Source: Camelus dromedarius
Taxonomy: Eukaryota
Length of the DNA: 64,000 bases
Direction: 5' to 3'
NCBI RefSeq assembly: GCF_036321535.1
Contig: NC_087447.1
Location: 12,958,001-13,022,000 of the forward strand
In this document: positions 36,609 to 49,872 of the stretch, one piece after another
How the letters are laid out: each line of letters starts with the position of its first letter
Numbering within the stretch: position 1 is the stretch's first letter
Position numbers and translations under genes: made by a program
Notes under the pieces: model-generated
The model's input: only the letters and a program-made list of their open reading frames with translations
Database searches by the model: none
Told to the model about the DNA's origin: nothing

Positions 36609-37564
36609 TTAAGATGCCCACACTGGCTTCTTAAGTAATAATTTTTTCAAAGCTGCAGTCACATCCTTGTTCCTAAGGCTGTATATCATGGGGTTCAACA
36701 CTGGAGTCACAATAGTGTAGAAGACAGCGTTTTGTTGCTTCCTGCAGAATGATTTGACTTGGGCCGTAAGTAGGTGATGGTCACAGAGCCAAAGAATAAA
36801 AGCACAACTATGAGATGGGAGGAGCAGGTGGAGAAGGCTTTGGACCGACCCGTGGCTGAGGGCAACTTGAGGATGGTAGAAATTATTTTGACATAAGACC
36901 CAATAATCAGTAGAAAAGGAATCATGGCAAATAATACAGCAACTACATAGACACATATCTCATTGAGTGACATGTCCCCACAGGCCAGCGTGATCAGTGG
37001 GGGGATGTCACAGAAAAAGTGGTTGATTTGGTTTGAACCACAGAAGGGCAGTGAGAACACCTGGCATGTCTGCCCTATCTGGACCGGAACTCCACTGAGC
37101 CAGACACCCACAGCCAACTGGATGCACATCTTGTGGTTCATGACCAGAGGATAGTGCAGAGGGCTGCAAATGGACATGTAGCGGTCATAAGCCATCACAG
37201 CCAGAAGAAATGCCTCTGTGGCCCCCAGAACAAGGAAGAAGCACATTTGGGTGGCGCAGCTCAGCAAAGAAATGCTTCTGTCTTGAGTCCAAAGGTTCAC
37301 TAGAATCCTGGGAAGAGTGACAGACACATAGCAGATTTCTAGAGAGGAAAAATTGGCCAGAAAAAAATACATAGGTGTCTGGAGAACAGAGTCCACCCTC
37401 GTGATTATGATGATAAGACCATTTCCTGTTAAGATGAATATGTAGACGAGAAAGAAAAGACCAAATAGAAGCCCCTGGAGGTTTGGAAGGTTAGAAAATC
37501 CCAAGAAAACAAACACCATGACTGAAGAGAAATTGCCTTCTGCTGTTTGGTCTCTGGGCAGCAT
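36609..37564 (-). pseudogene. OR10AG-type pseudogene with a single 4-bp frameshift before TM7
   Basis: 285-aa frame with all motifs up to [10 protein letters not shown]; [21 protein letters not shown]...WAS continues in a second frame to 36609. Junction ctgtcttctac (36717-36727) vs ctgctctctctcttctac in the 46208 paralogue. Confidence 0.92.
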
Positions 37565-38544
37565 CTGTGAAAATAAAGAATTTAATATGTAAAGTCACTT
37601 TATCTGCCTGAGTTGCAGTTTGCTAAATGATGAAAAGTGTACCCTGTGCTTTTGAAAGTCGCAAAGTCACTAAGAATGAATCCTATAGAAACATCTAAAC
37701 TTGATGTTAAGCTGTGTCTTAAAAAACTGTTCATTCTTTCGCTAAAAATTATCCCTCAGAAAGCATTCCTATAAGGAATTACGTCTGCTGAGAGATGGCT
37801 ATGTTTTCTTGCTACTGATAATGAAATAAGTGATGTTAGGTTTTGTTATTCAGATTTGTGACAGGAATTTCAGAGTCTAACTGGAATGGTGTTAATGAAA
37901 ATAAAGGGAAAATAAAAATCATGAAAATGTTAATTATAGCAATAAGTTTGACACTTTTGTTTGGAATGACATTTTCCATCAATTATCCTTTTTATGTTAT
38001 TTTAAAAAACCATTGCATTTATTCACATTTTGATTTAAGCTGTCTCAAATATTTTTTGAGGCATCATGTAATTACAATAAAAATAAGCTGGAAAAAGTGA
38101 TTTTAGGGGGTGATCTTTGTGACTTTTTTGTGTTCTGATAGTTGTTATAGTGAGTTTATTTCAGTTGAAAGAAGTCATAAAGTAACTCAGTCATGAGGAT
38201 AGTTATCAGATCTCAGATACTGGTTTTGCATTTGAGTGTTAATTCCTGTAATAAATAGACAAGTTTTTGATTCAAGACATAGTGTCAAAGGAAGAGAAAT
38301 TGCAAAGAGTTTTGGAGTCCTCTTGATAGGATTATCCGTATGGTGCTGAATAAAGCACGTACACAAATTCCAGGATCTGAGGATTCCATTTAAACATGCA
38401 GCTTCTTGCAGGCAGCTTTATGTGGAGGAAAACAGGGAGACACTATTTGAAATCAGCTTGCAAACCATCAGTGCACGTGGTAAAAATGGGACACTGATGA
38501 GTGACTGCAGTGATTCATTGTATTAGGAGAATCCACAGACACTA

Positions 38545-38700
38545 TTTTATTTAATCCTCAAGATGGTGCAGAAGCAATTCTGTCGCCCTTTTACTTAGAC
38601 ATAAACTTCAACTTAAAAATGTTATATAAATCAACCAAGATCACAGCATGTAAATGTGATTCAGATTATGTTTCGGGCTCAAAATCCAAGTTACTTTTAT
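38545..38700 (-). mobile_element. MIR SINE
   Basis: ttatttaatcctcaagat...cccttttacttagacataaact...ccaagatcacagc. Confidence 0.5.
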
Positions 38701-40032
38701 TCCAATGGGTAATATCAATAGACTGTAGAATGTAACATTTGCATATATTATATAAATCACTCAACAAGCATTTGATCTACGAATGGAGAGCAATTTCCAT
38801 TATTAACCAGATGTATTGTCTACCCCAGTGATGACTGGCGTGCGAAATGCTATTCTCATTATTGTATTTTGTGTTCGCCTCTGTCTCTCCACTCACACCT
38901 TTAAGTCCTGCTTTAATTTTTCTCCAATAGGTGAAGATTTTGGAAAAACACAACAGAACGAAGTAAAATTTGAAAGTAATTTAAAAATAAATTAGAAATT
39001 AATAATCTACAACTGACTGAGGCACTAATTTGCTCAAACAGGATTTAAGTCAAGTTTCAAATAAGAAGTAATGATTTTTTTTTAATTTCCACATGTATTG
39101 TGAATAATAAATAGTAATTGCATGGTAAAGTCTTTGAAATCTAAGAAGTAGAATCATTAAGTAATCTCTCTCCAGTTTCTATTTACCTCCTTAAATATTA
39201 TAGTTGTATGAAATATTTCCTTAAAATAAAAATACTGAGAATTTTCTCTAGGAATTTGGAGTTTTTTTCATTGTACAAAGAAGTGATTCTTCCCCACTCT
39301 AAACTTGCTATTATTCACAGTCCTCTTTCTCAGAAGTCCTTCAGTGTAAACAGTAAGCAGAGACTTGATTCCCATGTCCTTTTAATGGAGGCTTGTTTTC
39401 TGCAGTTGGACACTTTTCTCAGGGACACAGGACAGTTTCTCTCTTACTTAGCTAATGACTTCAGGGCTCTAAACCCCCTTGGCTGAGGACAAAGACAGTT
39501 AGTTATATTTGTAGTCTGATTTTGTTGTATTTCATTAGCCAGAGAAGAATAATGTCAAAGGATTTTTCAGTGCCCTAAACTTTTAGATTCCTTTTCAAGA
39601 TAATGTCTCTTTAGGAATAATGATTTTATAGATGGTAGTGTGCAAACTCATTTTTTAAAATAGCTAATTACTGCTTTCTTCAGTAAATTTTCTTGTATTA
39701 AAATATTTTTCAAAACTGTCTCAATTATTTTAATAAATTTTGCTACATTATAATTAACAATACATCTTAAAATTGTTTTAATCATTTATTTCAGGGATTT
39801 TCTACAGGAAAATGTAGATGTTGCCTGAAATATAGTTTAACATACCCGGTTAATATATTTATTCCATTAATAGCCTGTAAATATTTGGACTCTTTGAACT
39901 TTGATGTTTAAAATATAATTAGCTAAGAAAACTAATCTAAAATGTAAATAATGACTAAAAAGTTCATGCTTACCTTCATGGACTGGAATGGAATGATCTC
40001 TTTCTTTGATACAAAGTCTTTTAAATGTTGTT

Positions 40033-40160
40033 CTTTTTTTATTCTTATTTGTTATTGAAGTATGGTTGATTTACAGTGTCAGTTTCATGTGTACAGCAAA
40101 GCGATTCAGCCATACACACACACGTGCACGTACACACACACACACATATATACACACACA
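40033..40160 (-). mobile_element. Short L1 3' end with an adjoining (CA)n/RY tract
   Basis: ttattgaagtatggttgatttacagtgtcagtttcatgtgtacagcaaagcgattcag. Confidence 0.7.
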
Positions 40161-40559
40161 TATAATGTTGTTCTGTTGAAATTTAGTTTTAAACTAGTTG
40201 AATACCAGGAGTTGCAAATACCTTTCTAAACAATGTTCTCCTTCAAAGCAAATAGTGCTCTGTAAGTAAAAGTATATGTCTTTCTGTCTTGTGGGAATTA
40301 GTTCTTTCTGTTAATCACTTTTTAATTGGACCAACTCATTATACTTGCCATGCAGATATTTTGGAAAGTGACCAAAATTGTCTCTGGCCATGGCATTCGT
40401 TTTCAGGGATGCCTTACTCTACCACTCACTCAGGCATTTCGTCTTTCATGTGCTTTGTTCTTTTCCCTTATAGGTGTCACCAGTAAATAATCAAACGTCT
40501 TCAGCTAGTTAGATATTCTGTAGAGCTTTTAATAATTTCTTTCACAACTAGAAATGAAG

Positions 40560-41040
40560 AAATGGAAATGGAAAATTTTAAGTAAGATTATTTATAACTC
40601 CAATAAAAATTAAAATTTTATGAATATATCCAACAAAACATGTTATTTTAATTTGTAGGCTGAAGACCACCTATAATGATAAAAGAATTTAAACAAGACC
40701 TAAATCATGGACATAAGTATTTTGTTCATAGACCAAAAGACTTAACACAGTAAAAATGTCAGTACTCATGGAATTAGTATGTACATTTAATTCAATTTCA
40801 AATAAAGTCTTAGCAAAATTATTTATAGATACAGAAAGTCTGATTCAAAAGTGTACATATAATGACAATGTAACTAAAATAACCAAATAATGTTTTGTAA
40901 TTTTGGAGGAATCACACAATTAAATTTTAAGATCATGCACAACTACAGCACCAAAGAGAGTGTGGTTTTGGTAAAGGTTGACAAATAAATTAATGTAACA
41001 GGAAGTTCCAGTAACAGACCCACACGAGTGATCAATTGAA
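40560..41040 (+). mobile_element. Old L1 ORF2 fragment
   Basis: acttaacacagtaaaaatgtcagtactc...gtgtggttttggtaaagg...acagacccacac. Confidence 0.65.
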
Positions 41041-42790
41041 TTCACTCATAGACTTATGAAGGTATAATTTACATAGCATAAAATTTACTTGTTTTTTCTG
41101 TAAAATTCAGTAACTGTTGTGTAAACATAGCAAGTTGTACACCCATCATTAAAATATAATTTAGAACATTTTCGTCACTCCAGAAGGAAGCCTAGAGTTG
41201 GCATAAAATCGATTCTCTTCTGTCCCCAGCACTGGGCAAGCACTAATCTCTTTCTATCTACATATTTGCATTTTGTGGACATTTCATGTAAAGTGAATTA
41301 TACCGTATTTATTGTTTTGCATCTGATTTCTTTCATTTGCATAGCATGTCTGAGGTTCCTTCATGTACAGTTAAGTGTCTGTAGTTTATTAGTTTTTTTG
41401 TTGTTGTTGTTTGTTTTTTAATTGAAGTATAGTCAGTTACAATGTATCAATTTCTGATGTACAGCATGATGTTTCAATCATACATATACATACATATATT
41501 TGTTTTCCTATTCTTTTTCATTATAGGTTACTACAAGATATTGAAATATAATTCCCTGTGCTATACAGAAGAAATTTGTTTTTTATCTATTTTATATATA
41601 GTGTTTAGTATTTGCAATTTTCAAACTCCCAGTTTATCCCTTCCCACCTCCTTTCCCCGATAACCATTTTTTTTTTTACTATATCTGTGAGTCTGTTTCT
41701 GTTTTATAGATAAGTTCATTACTGTGTTCTTTTTTTTTTTTTTTTTTTGATTCTACATCTGAATGATATGATATTTTTCTTTCTCTTTCTGGCTTACTTC
41801 ACTTAGAATGACAATCCCCAGATTCATTCCTATTGCTGCAAATGGCATTATTTTATTCTTTTTTATGGCAGAGTAGTATTCCATTGTAGTTCATTAGTTT
41901 TTACTGGTGAATGGTATTCTACAGTATGGATATAGGATATAGCAATGAATTTATTTATTTGTCACTTGAGGGACATTTGGATCATTTCCAGTTTGGGGCT
42001 ATTATTAGCAATGTTTTTATGAGTTTTCATTTACAAATTTTTAGTGGATGTAGGTCCTCATTCCCATCAGTAATGCATAAGAGTTCCTATTTCTCCACAG
42101 CTTCTCAACTCTTGCTATTTTCTGTCTTTTTTATTATGGCCATGCTAGTGGGTGTGAAGATCATCGTGGTTTTAATTTGATTTTCCATAATGAGCTAATA
42201 TTTTGATTATTTTTGTATATGCTTATGATATTTTGGTGTAATAGCTATACAAAATGCAAATAGCTATGTTTGCATATTTTGATGGGGTTATTTGTCCTTT
42301 ACTATAGAGTTTAAAGGGTTCTTTACATGTGCATTCAAGACCTTTACCAAACATAATGATATGCAAATATATTCTCTGTCTGTGGCTTGTATTTCATTTT
42401 CTGAATGGTTTTGTTTAGAATGCAACAGTCTTAAATTTTGATGAAGTCCAATTTAATGTTTATTTTATTTTATGGATTGTGCTTTTGGTGTATATCTGAA
42501 ATTCTTTGCTTTAAACCATGACCAGAAAGTTTCTCTCAATGTTTTCTTTTAAAAGTTTTATAATTTTAACTATTACATTTAGGTCTGTGATTAATGTTGT
42601 ATTAATTGTATTGTATTAATTTTCTGTATTTCATGAGATGTGGTTTAAAAAATTACATTTTGCATATACATTACTTATCACCCCAGCACTGCTTGCTTGT
42701 TGACAATTTTTTTCTGTGTTCAATTGCCTTGGTAACTTTGTTAAAAATAAATTCACTGATAACATTTGCATCTTTTTCAGAACATCTTCA
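41041..42790 (-). mobile_element. L1MB/MC-type 3' end plus ORF2 tail
   Basis: gaaggtataatttacatagcataaaattt...; ggacatttggatcatttccagtttggggctattatt; ttttgatgaagtccaattt; interrupted by a younger L1. Confidence 0.75.
41398..41884 (-). mobile_element. Camelid-type L1 3'UTR nested in the older L1
   Basis: aattgaagtatagtcagttacaatgt...ccctgtgctatacagaagaaatttg; 18-bp TSD tgtagtttattagttttt (41380-41397) / tgtagttcattagttttt (41885-41902). Confidence 0.88.
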
Positions 42791-42919
42791 TTTTATATCT
42801 TAAATAATATATAATTATAAATTTTGGATTGTACATGCTTATATATCTTAATAATCACAAAATACAAAAAGGGATGGAGAGAATTTAGAGAAGGAGTGGT
42901 ATGTCCATTGGGTTGTTGT

Positions 42920-43165
42920 ACCAAACTCCCAGAGAGGCAGTCAGAAAGGTTAGTTCAATTAGTGACCTGGGGAAGGAGCTGATCCCGAGGGTAAGGACTG
43001 TTCCTTATTGAAGAACACTAACTGTTATGACAATAGAACATATTTTAGAGGGCAGTTACCCTCTGTTTCAAATAAAAGTGAATTCACTGTCAAAAAAAAA
43101 AAAAATAGCCAACAACAACTTTCTCATTTTCTGTCTGTCTTTTAACTCAATCAGTAAAGGTAAGC
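42920..43165 (+). promoter_or_regulatory. Candidate promoter/5'UTR exons of the OR at 46208
   Basis: O/E-like TCCCGAGGGT 42983-42992 overlapping donor AGG|GTAAGG (42991); second donor AAG|GTAAGC (43160); about 3.2 kb upstream of the CDS. Confidence 0.4.
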
Positions 43166-46100
43166 ATTATATTTAATTTCAATCCAAACAAGTAAGCATA
43201 ACTTTTTTATCCAATACCAAATTTAGTTTCACATATGTCTGTATATATTTAGCACCAGCAAAAGGACACTCATTACAGAAAATTTTTAAAAGAATCCTTT
43301 GTTTTTATGATTGGTTAATTTCAAAACATGGTTCAGATAGTCTTTTTATTTTTCTGACTACTAGCATTATATTATCAAATGAGACATTTCAAAATACTTT
43401 GTAGTATAATGGACCAGTATACTAAAGATAACCAGCCTCTTCATCATCATCGTAATCATCTTAGGTGATTACTATGTGTTAAGCGTATATTTGAGTAGTT
43501 TGCGTGTATTAAATCTGGGGATATCCCATAAAAATTAATTGCATGTAACTAAGGAGTAAGATAGTGAATGGACTTTATTAAAAAGGATTTGCCTTCTCCT
43601 AATATCAAAGAGATCCTTTGTTAAAATAAAGTTCTATGGTAAATGAATCAGAATATATTAAAGAGATATTGATATATTTTCATTTTCATCTTTAGAGAAT
43701 TCTCCTAAGGGAAAATGGCTTCTGGACTGCATTCACCAATTTTAGATTCCTCTTTATTATCTTCAACTTGATTTTATAAACTTGCTCTAAAGAGTATTAA
43801 ACACATTGTGATGTAGATGCTATACTTGATATCATATCATAATCCCCACACCAAAGAAAATCATTATTTTCATCAAAAAATTCAGAAAAATAATCACAAA
43901 TTATATGAGTAAAAACAAAAGTGGCTATGTTTAGCTAAATTATTTAGTGTTCTCCTTTCTGAGTTGTATACATAGAAGCTTCTGAACGATTCCAGAAGTC
44001 AGGGAGAGCAACGGATATGTTGCAAGATTTGAGGAAATTTTTGTAGGTGAGATTGAGTTTGGAAGATAAGTACAATTTGGATAGGATTTGAAAAGCTGTA
44101 TTTATTACTTTGCATATGGTTTTACACTGATAATTCCATTTAATATTCATAAAACATTTTTCCATTTGACAAACAAAAAGGGGGAAAATCAAATTTTAGT
44201 AAATGTAGAACACTGCAGTCTTGATATCAGGTTCTCTTTTCTTACTTTTTCTGGCTGTTTTTTGGCACCTTGCTTTTAGTATGACTTTCAAATGTACTTC
44301 CCCATAGTAAGGAATATATAGAAAGAATCAAAGATTGAGAGAAAACTTTACCTGAAAAGCCCACACAATAAAGAGAATGAAGGAGATGGCAGTTTCTGAA
44401 GGTAATAGATCATCAGATGTAGGTGAATCACTCATGCCAGTCTAAAAAGATTGGAGATTCACTCAACAAACAATTTTAATCAGTGCCCAAGTACTACACT
44501 CTACATTGAATTAAACAGGTGACCAAAACATAGTTAATGTGTCAGGATGAGATGTTAAAAAAATAAGAAAAGAAGACATGATTGTGTATTCTACACATGA
44601 TATCATGTCTTGGTAATGTCACCTATCAGCCAGTAGTTTCTGACCATTTTAAAGACTAAGTTATAGCATTTTTACATTTCTTACGATCCCATTTTCATTG
44701 AAAAAATTATATAATAAAAGGGACAAGGTTCAAATGCCTTTAGTACCTTAATACACAGTCAGGAATGCTGTAGATGGTAAAGGAAACTATTATTTAATTT
44801 ATTTTTCTTAATCACAGAGAATCCTCAGGATGTCCAGGTTTTGCATGAACTGTTGATTGTGCCCCACATGTGTCTACATTTTTGTAGCTGAAACATTGAC
44901 CATTGTCCTCACTTAACACCCCTAGAATATGGTGCTAGATGTGTCTCTTCCTTGCAGGGGCTAGTCTCTATTGACTTCCAAATTAGTTAACACATAACTT
45001 GAAAGTTATGTACATCACACTGGAAACAATGAAGTAGTTTGCTACTTCAAAAAGAATGAGTGAAAAGAGTATAAATTCTACACACACAAACACACACACA
45101 CAACACAAAAGGCATGCTTGATACATATGAGGAAGAAGCGGGAGAGGAGATTTAAATTTTGGTAGGAACCCTCTTTTACACCTTGGGGGCTATTTCAAAG
45201 AAGCAATCAAGTTGATTCACTTGTAATTTATTCAAGAAGTTAGTAAATCCCATTTTGTGAAACAAATATATTACACAGTGCATAGAAAGATGGCTAGAGT
45301 CGCAAAAGAAGCATATAATTTATTTATAACAAAAAGTATATAGTGAAGATGGGCAATCTTACCCCAACACATTCACATGCCTGAACTCAAACACACATGT
45401 GCTAGAAAAAAGAATGAATGAATTAAATGGGTTTAGAAGAACAATAGCAATTACTGAGGATATTGGTAATTAAGAAAGTTCTCAGAGATGAGTTGCAATT
45501 GATGTGTTTCATACAATAAGTGGGTGAGGAGTGAACATGCTAGTTAGAATTGCTTTCTTGATCATAACTGCTTGATGAACATGCCTCTTACTTCTTGAAT
45601 GTTTCTGGACAGGAAGGCCACCTTAGAGTTTCTTTCTTCCTCCCCAAAAAAATCTGAGTAAAAATTCTGAGTGCAGATTTTATATGGAGAATGTCAAAGC
45701 TAAATAGGACTTTGGAAATACCACAGTTAAACCATAACTTTTAGAAATTAACTTTATCTCCCCTAAAACTACTTTAGATGGCTTACAAAATATTTGCTTG
45801 TGAAGTCAAATTAATTAGTTTTGAATTAATCATTGTAAAAAGAGAATTGAGAGGTAAGGAGAAACACTTAGCTGAAAGAATGAAATGATTGTTATAATTT
45901 AACATAGACTCAGATACTGCAGTTGGAGCGTTCAAATGAATAGCACATTACAACCACATGTCTTCAGAAACAAAGAAATACTATAGTCTGTAGCAGAAGT
46001 AAAAGATTAAAGGGATTGTTTTTCTTACAGATAGATTTAATAATAATGAAAAATACATTTCACCACACTTTCAGAGGACCTGGAAGTATAGATTTGGTTT

Positions 46101-46207
46101 TTAGAGGGAGTTGAAAAATCAGAAGGCATCCCATCCTGTTTACAGATAGAAAAAGAAGAGCCAATGAAAGTGAAATAATGGTGCCTCTGATTAAATCATC
46201 CCCACAG

Positions 46208-47155
46208 ATGAGGTGTGAAGAAATGGAAGCAGAAGACAACATTTCCACAGTGACACAGTTTGTACTCGTGGGATTTTCTGACCTTCCCAACCTCCAAGGG
46301 CTACTGTTTGGGGTGTTCTCCATCATTTACACCATTGTCTTAGTTGGAAATGGCCTCATCGTAGTAATAACTAGGATTGACACTGCACTACAGAAACCCA
46401 TGTATTTTTTCCTGGCAAATTTTTCCTCCTTGGAAATCTGTTACGTGTCCGTCACTCTCCCTAGGATGCTGGTGAACCTTTGGACTCAGGATAGAGGCAT
46501 TTCTGTGCTGGACTGTGCCACGCAAATGTGCTTCTTCCTTATACTGGGAACCACTGAGTGTCTCCTGCTGGCCGTGATGGCCTATGACCGCTACATGGCT
46601 GTTTGTAACCCTCTGCACTATCCCCTGGTCATGAACCAGAAGGTGTGCATCCAGCTGGCTGTTGGCTCCTGGATCAGTGGAGTCCCGGTGCAGATAGGGC
46701 AAACATGTCAGATTTTCTCTCTGCGTTTCTGTCATTCTAACCGCATTGACCACTTCTTCTGTGACATACCCCCCGTTCTGAAGCTGGCCTGCGGAGACAC
46801 TTCTGCGTACGAGCTATCACTCTGTGTAGTGGTTCTGTTGGATGCTGCCGTCCCTTTTGTGTTGATACTTGGCTCTTACGGCAAAATCATTTCCACCCTT
46901 CTGAGGTTGCCAACAGCCAGAGGTCGGGCCAAAGCCTTCTCCACGTGTTCTTCCCACCTGCTGGTTGTGCTTTTATTTTTTGGATCTGCAACCATAACCT
47001 ACTTCAGGCCAAAATCGAGTCATTCTCCAGGAACTGACAAACTGCTCTCTCTCTTCTACACCATAGTGACCCCGATGTTTAATCCCATGATTTACACCCT
47101 GAGGAACAAGGATGTGATTGCAGCACTGAGAAAACTGTTCCTTAAAAAATTCTGA
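46208..47155 (+). CDS. Olfactory receptor, OR10AG-type, intact (315 aa from ATG 46208; genomic ORF opens at 46178)
   Basis: NIS sequon, [55 protein letters not shown]; cccacag|ATG at 46207/46208 mirrors the paralogues. Confidence 0.95.
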   Translation: MRCEEMEAEDNISTVTQFVLVGFSDLPNLQGLLFGVFSIIYTIVLVGNGLIVVITRIDTALQKPMYFFLANFSSLEICYVSVTLPRMLVNLWTQDRGISVLDCATQMCFFLILGTTECLLLAVMAYDRYMAVCNPLHYPLVMNQKVCIQLAVGSWISGVPVQIGQTCQIFSLRFCHSNRIDHFFCDIPPVLKLACGDTSAYELSLCVVVLLDAAVPFVLILGSYGKIISTLLRLPTARGRAKAFSTCSSHLLVVLLFFGSATITYFRPKSSHSPGTDKLLSLFYTIVTPMFNPMIYTLRNKDVIAALRKLFLKKF

Positions 47156-49435
47156 GATGAGTTTAATTGTATATGTTTTAGCTCCTTGCCAAAAGGTTAT
47201 CAGAGAAATGTTTTCAGTCTCTACCTTCCTCCAGTAAGTTAGCCTCTTCCAGTTTATAACGTACTTGTAGACGCTTTAAAATACTAACCCACAATTTACT
47301 GTGCTTAGATACATGTTATGTACATGAATCTCTCTTCAGTGCTCCATTTCTAAAGAATAATCTTGCTCTATAAATAAAAGAGCAATGCACCTCACTTGTT
47401 TTATATAAAAACTAAAACCACAATTCAGTCTGTTGAGATTTTGGGGACTTAAAGATACTGGTAAATACGTGGCATCATTCATCTAAATAATTGCTTAAAT
47501 CTTCACACTTGTATTCGTCAACATTCTTTGATTCTACAGCATAGAACCTGGCCAATAAAAGTTGAAAAATAAATGTTTGAAGGAGGGATTGAATGAGAGA
47601 ATGGAGAGCTGAACACTGCTGTGCCCTACATCAGACTCCTGGAAAAATCCAGACACTTCAGCGGACCTGCAAACATTGGGAGCAGATTTATTTAACCCAC
47701 TGTACACTCGTGTGGAATTGCTCCAGTCGTAACACCAGAGGGAAAGCCCTCCACGCATTTAGTTCTCTTCCTAAGTGCGTGATAGTAGGGGGCTTTCTTA
47801 TTTTTCTCAACCTGTTTTGCACACATTTCTTCTACATTCTACTTAGTAATTTTGGCCCCAGAATAATTTGCTTTGAATTATTTCTCCTCTTTCATCATTG
47901 CACTCCAAACAGCTAATGTTATGCCAATTTATAATTTTTAAAAAAAATATGTTAACGTAAAGCATAGAAACTTGTTAAAAGCTATCTTCTGAATTTTCCG
48001 AAGTCCACACAATTGCACTCCAGTAGTGTGCCTTCCCTAATCGATTCCTCGTGTTTTTAATCCTCTTTAAGGGGTTTGAAACTGTTAAACCTTTTAACTG
48101 ATGTTATCAAGGACAGTGAACGTCTGTCAATATAATCATTAATGCCTGTCCTCTCAATTTCATTCTTAAATCAGCAACTGACATGTAGAGATTATTTGGT
48201 GCATCTTTTCCTGAGAACTTCTGCCGGCATTTCTTCTGACAGTTACGCCACTCGGTAGTTTTAGTTGTAATTGTACACACGTGCATGTCGACGTTAGCTG
48301 TGTCATTTTGTCATAGGAAATGCTCCTGGTGCGTGCAAGTTTTCATACTTTTTATGAGTGTGGCATCACTGAACACTTTGGGAGTTCCCAGGGTGCTTTT
48401 CTTTGCCATGCGTGTATACAACACACCTTCATTGGATGTATGAACTCTTGTGGGTATAAACAGCTGTGAAGACAGACACCTTTCATTAGGATTGTGCAGG
48501 AATTTAATATACTCTGAGTGGCAATGACAGAGTAATAAGCAATGTCTTAGGATGACCTGTTGATATTTCAAAAAAAAGAGTTGCATATTTCTGAAGTTTT
48601 GGCTTTCAGATATTTGTCCTGCAGTCAGATATTTGAGAGCAGTTTTTGTACAAATCTATTATATTTTTAAAAAAAGCCATTTTGCTGCTCCCATGTGATT
48701 TTGACATCATAACGCACTGGTACATGTGCAGGCTCCATAGGTTTTCTTTACAACTTGGCTCACAAAGCCTGTGATCCTGCAGCGTTGTTTGCAACAGCAT
48801 CCCAAAGTGGGGAGAGCGACTTCAAGAGCTTGTGAGTAATGATACCCCTACAAGCACTGATCTGTGGTTACGTCCCAACCATCTTCCCTTGAAGATTCAT
48901 GCAATTGTGATAACCAGTTCTTATAACTAAAATTTTATCGTTAAAATAAAGTCAGCTAAATATTTACAAATGGCCTCATCAGGAAGAATGAGCTGGCCCC
49001 TCGTCTTGACAGGTTTCAGTTTACTGTTTTTCAAATGTAGCCCAAGTTTAACAGTATTGTGCAAATATCATCATAACATTGGTGACATAAACTACATTTA
49101 TTTTGTTTTAACATCATTTAGCATCATCGTCCACATGTCCCTCTCTCTGATCTGTGTTAGCCACAAGCATGAAAGTGTCTGTACCCAGCAAGTGACTCTG
49201 GTGGGGCCACAAAGACCCCCTGACAATATTTAACTGAGATTATTTCCGAACATCCAGGCTGGCCTTGGAGGTAAAGTTGTCAAGGGAGCTTGGCTGGTGA
49301 ATGAGGATAAAATGTATTCTTTAAACTGGGTCAGGAATAACATCACATTGATGCTTCCATTAGTTGACAATACTTTAAATTTCTTTGTAAGTTACATATA
49401 GTAAATTTTAACTTTACATACCAATTAAAATGCAC

Positions 49436-49872
49436 TTTTTTTGCAGCAACATGGATGGACCTGGAGACGGTCATTCTAAGTGAAGTAAGCCAGGAAGAGA
49501 AAGAAAAATACCATATGAGATCACTTATATGTGGAATCTAAAAAATAGCAGACAAACAAACTTATTCACAAAACAGAAACAGACTCACAGACATAGAAAA
49601 CAAACTTATGGTTACCAGGAGGGAAAGGGGATGGGAAGGGATAAACTGGGAGTTTGAAATTTACAGCTATAACTAATATATATGAAATAGATAAACAACA
49701 GGTTTATACTGTATGGCACAGGGAACTATGTTCAATATCTTGTAGTAACTTATGGTTAAAAAGAACATGAAAATGAATATATGTATGTTCCTATATGACT
49801 GAAGTATTGTGCTGTTTGCCAGAAATTGACACAATATTGTAAACTGACTATACTTCAATGAAAAAATTTAAA
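49436..49872 (+). mobile_element. Camelid-type L1 3' end nested in the older L1
   Basis: gcagcaacatggatggacctggagacggtcattctaagtgaagtaagcc...aactgactatacttcaat. Confidence 0.88.

Noticed and set aside
36707-37564. 285-aa ORF as an intact receptor
   Set aside because: Lacks TM7/NPxxY, which is in another frame; it is a frameshifted pseudogene.
46178-46207. Upstream ATG giving a 325-aa version
   Set aside because: Lies 5' of the cccacag acceptor shared with paralogues, so it is probably intronic.
48700-49020. THAP9/P-element transposase-like motifs (ITGFV..KK..C.C, RGQLILP)
   Set aside because: Motifs occur in the wrong order and different frames; not supportable.
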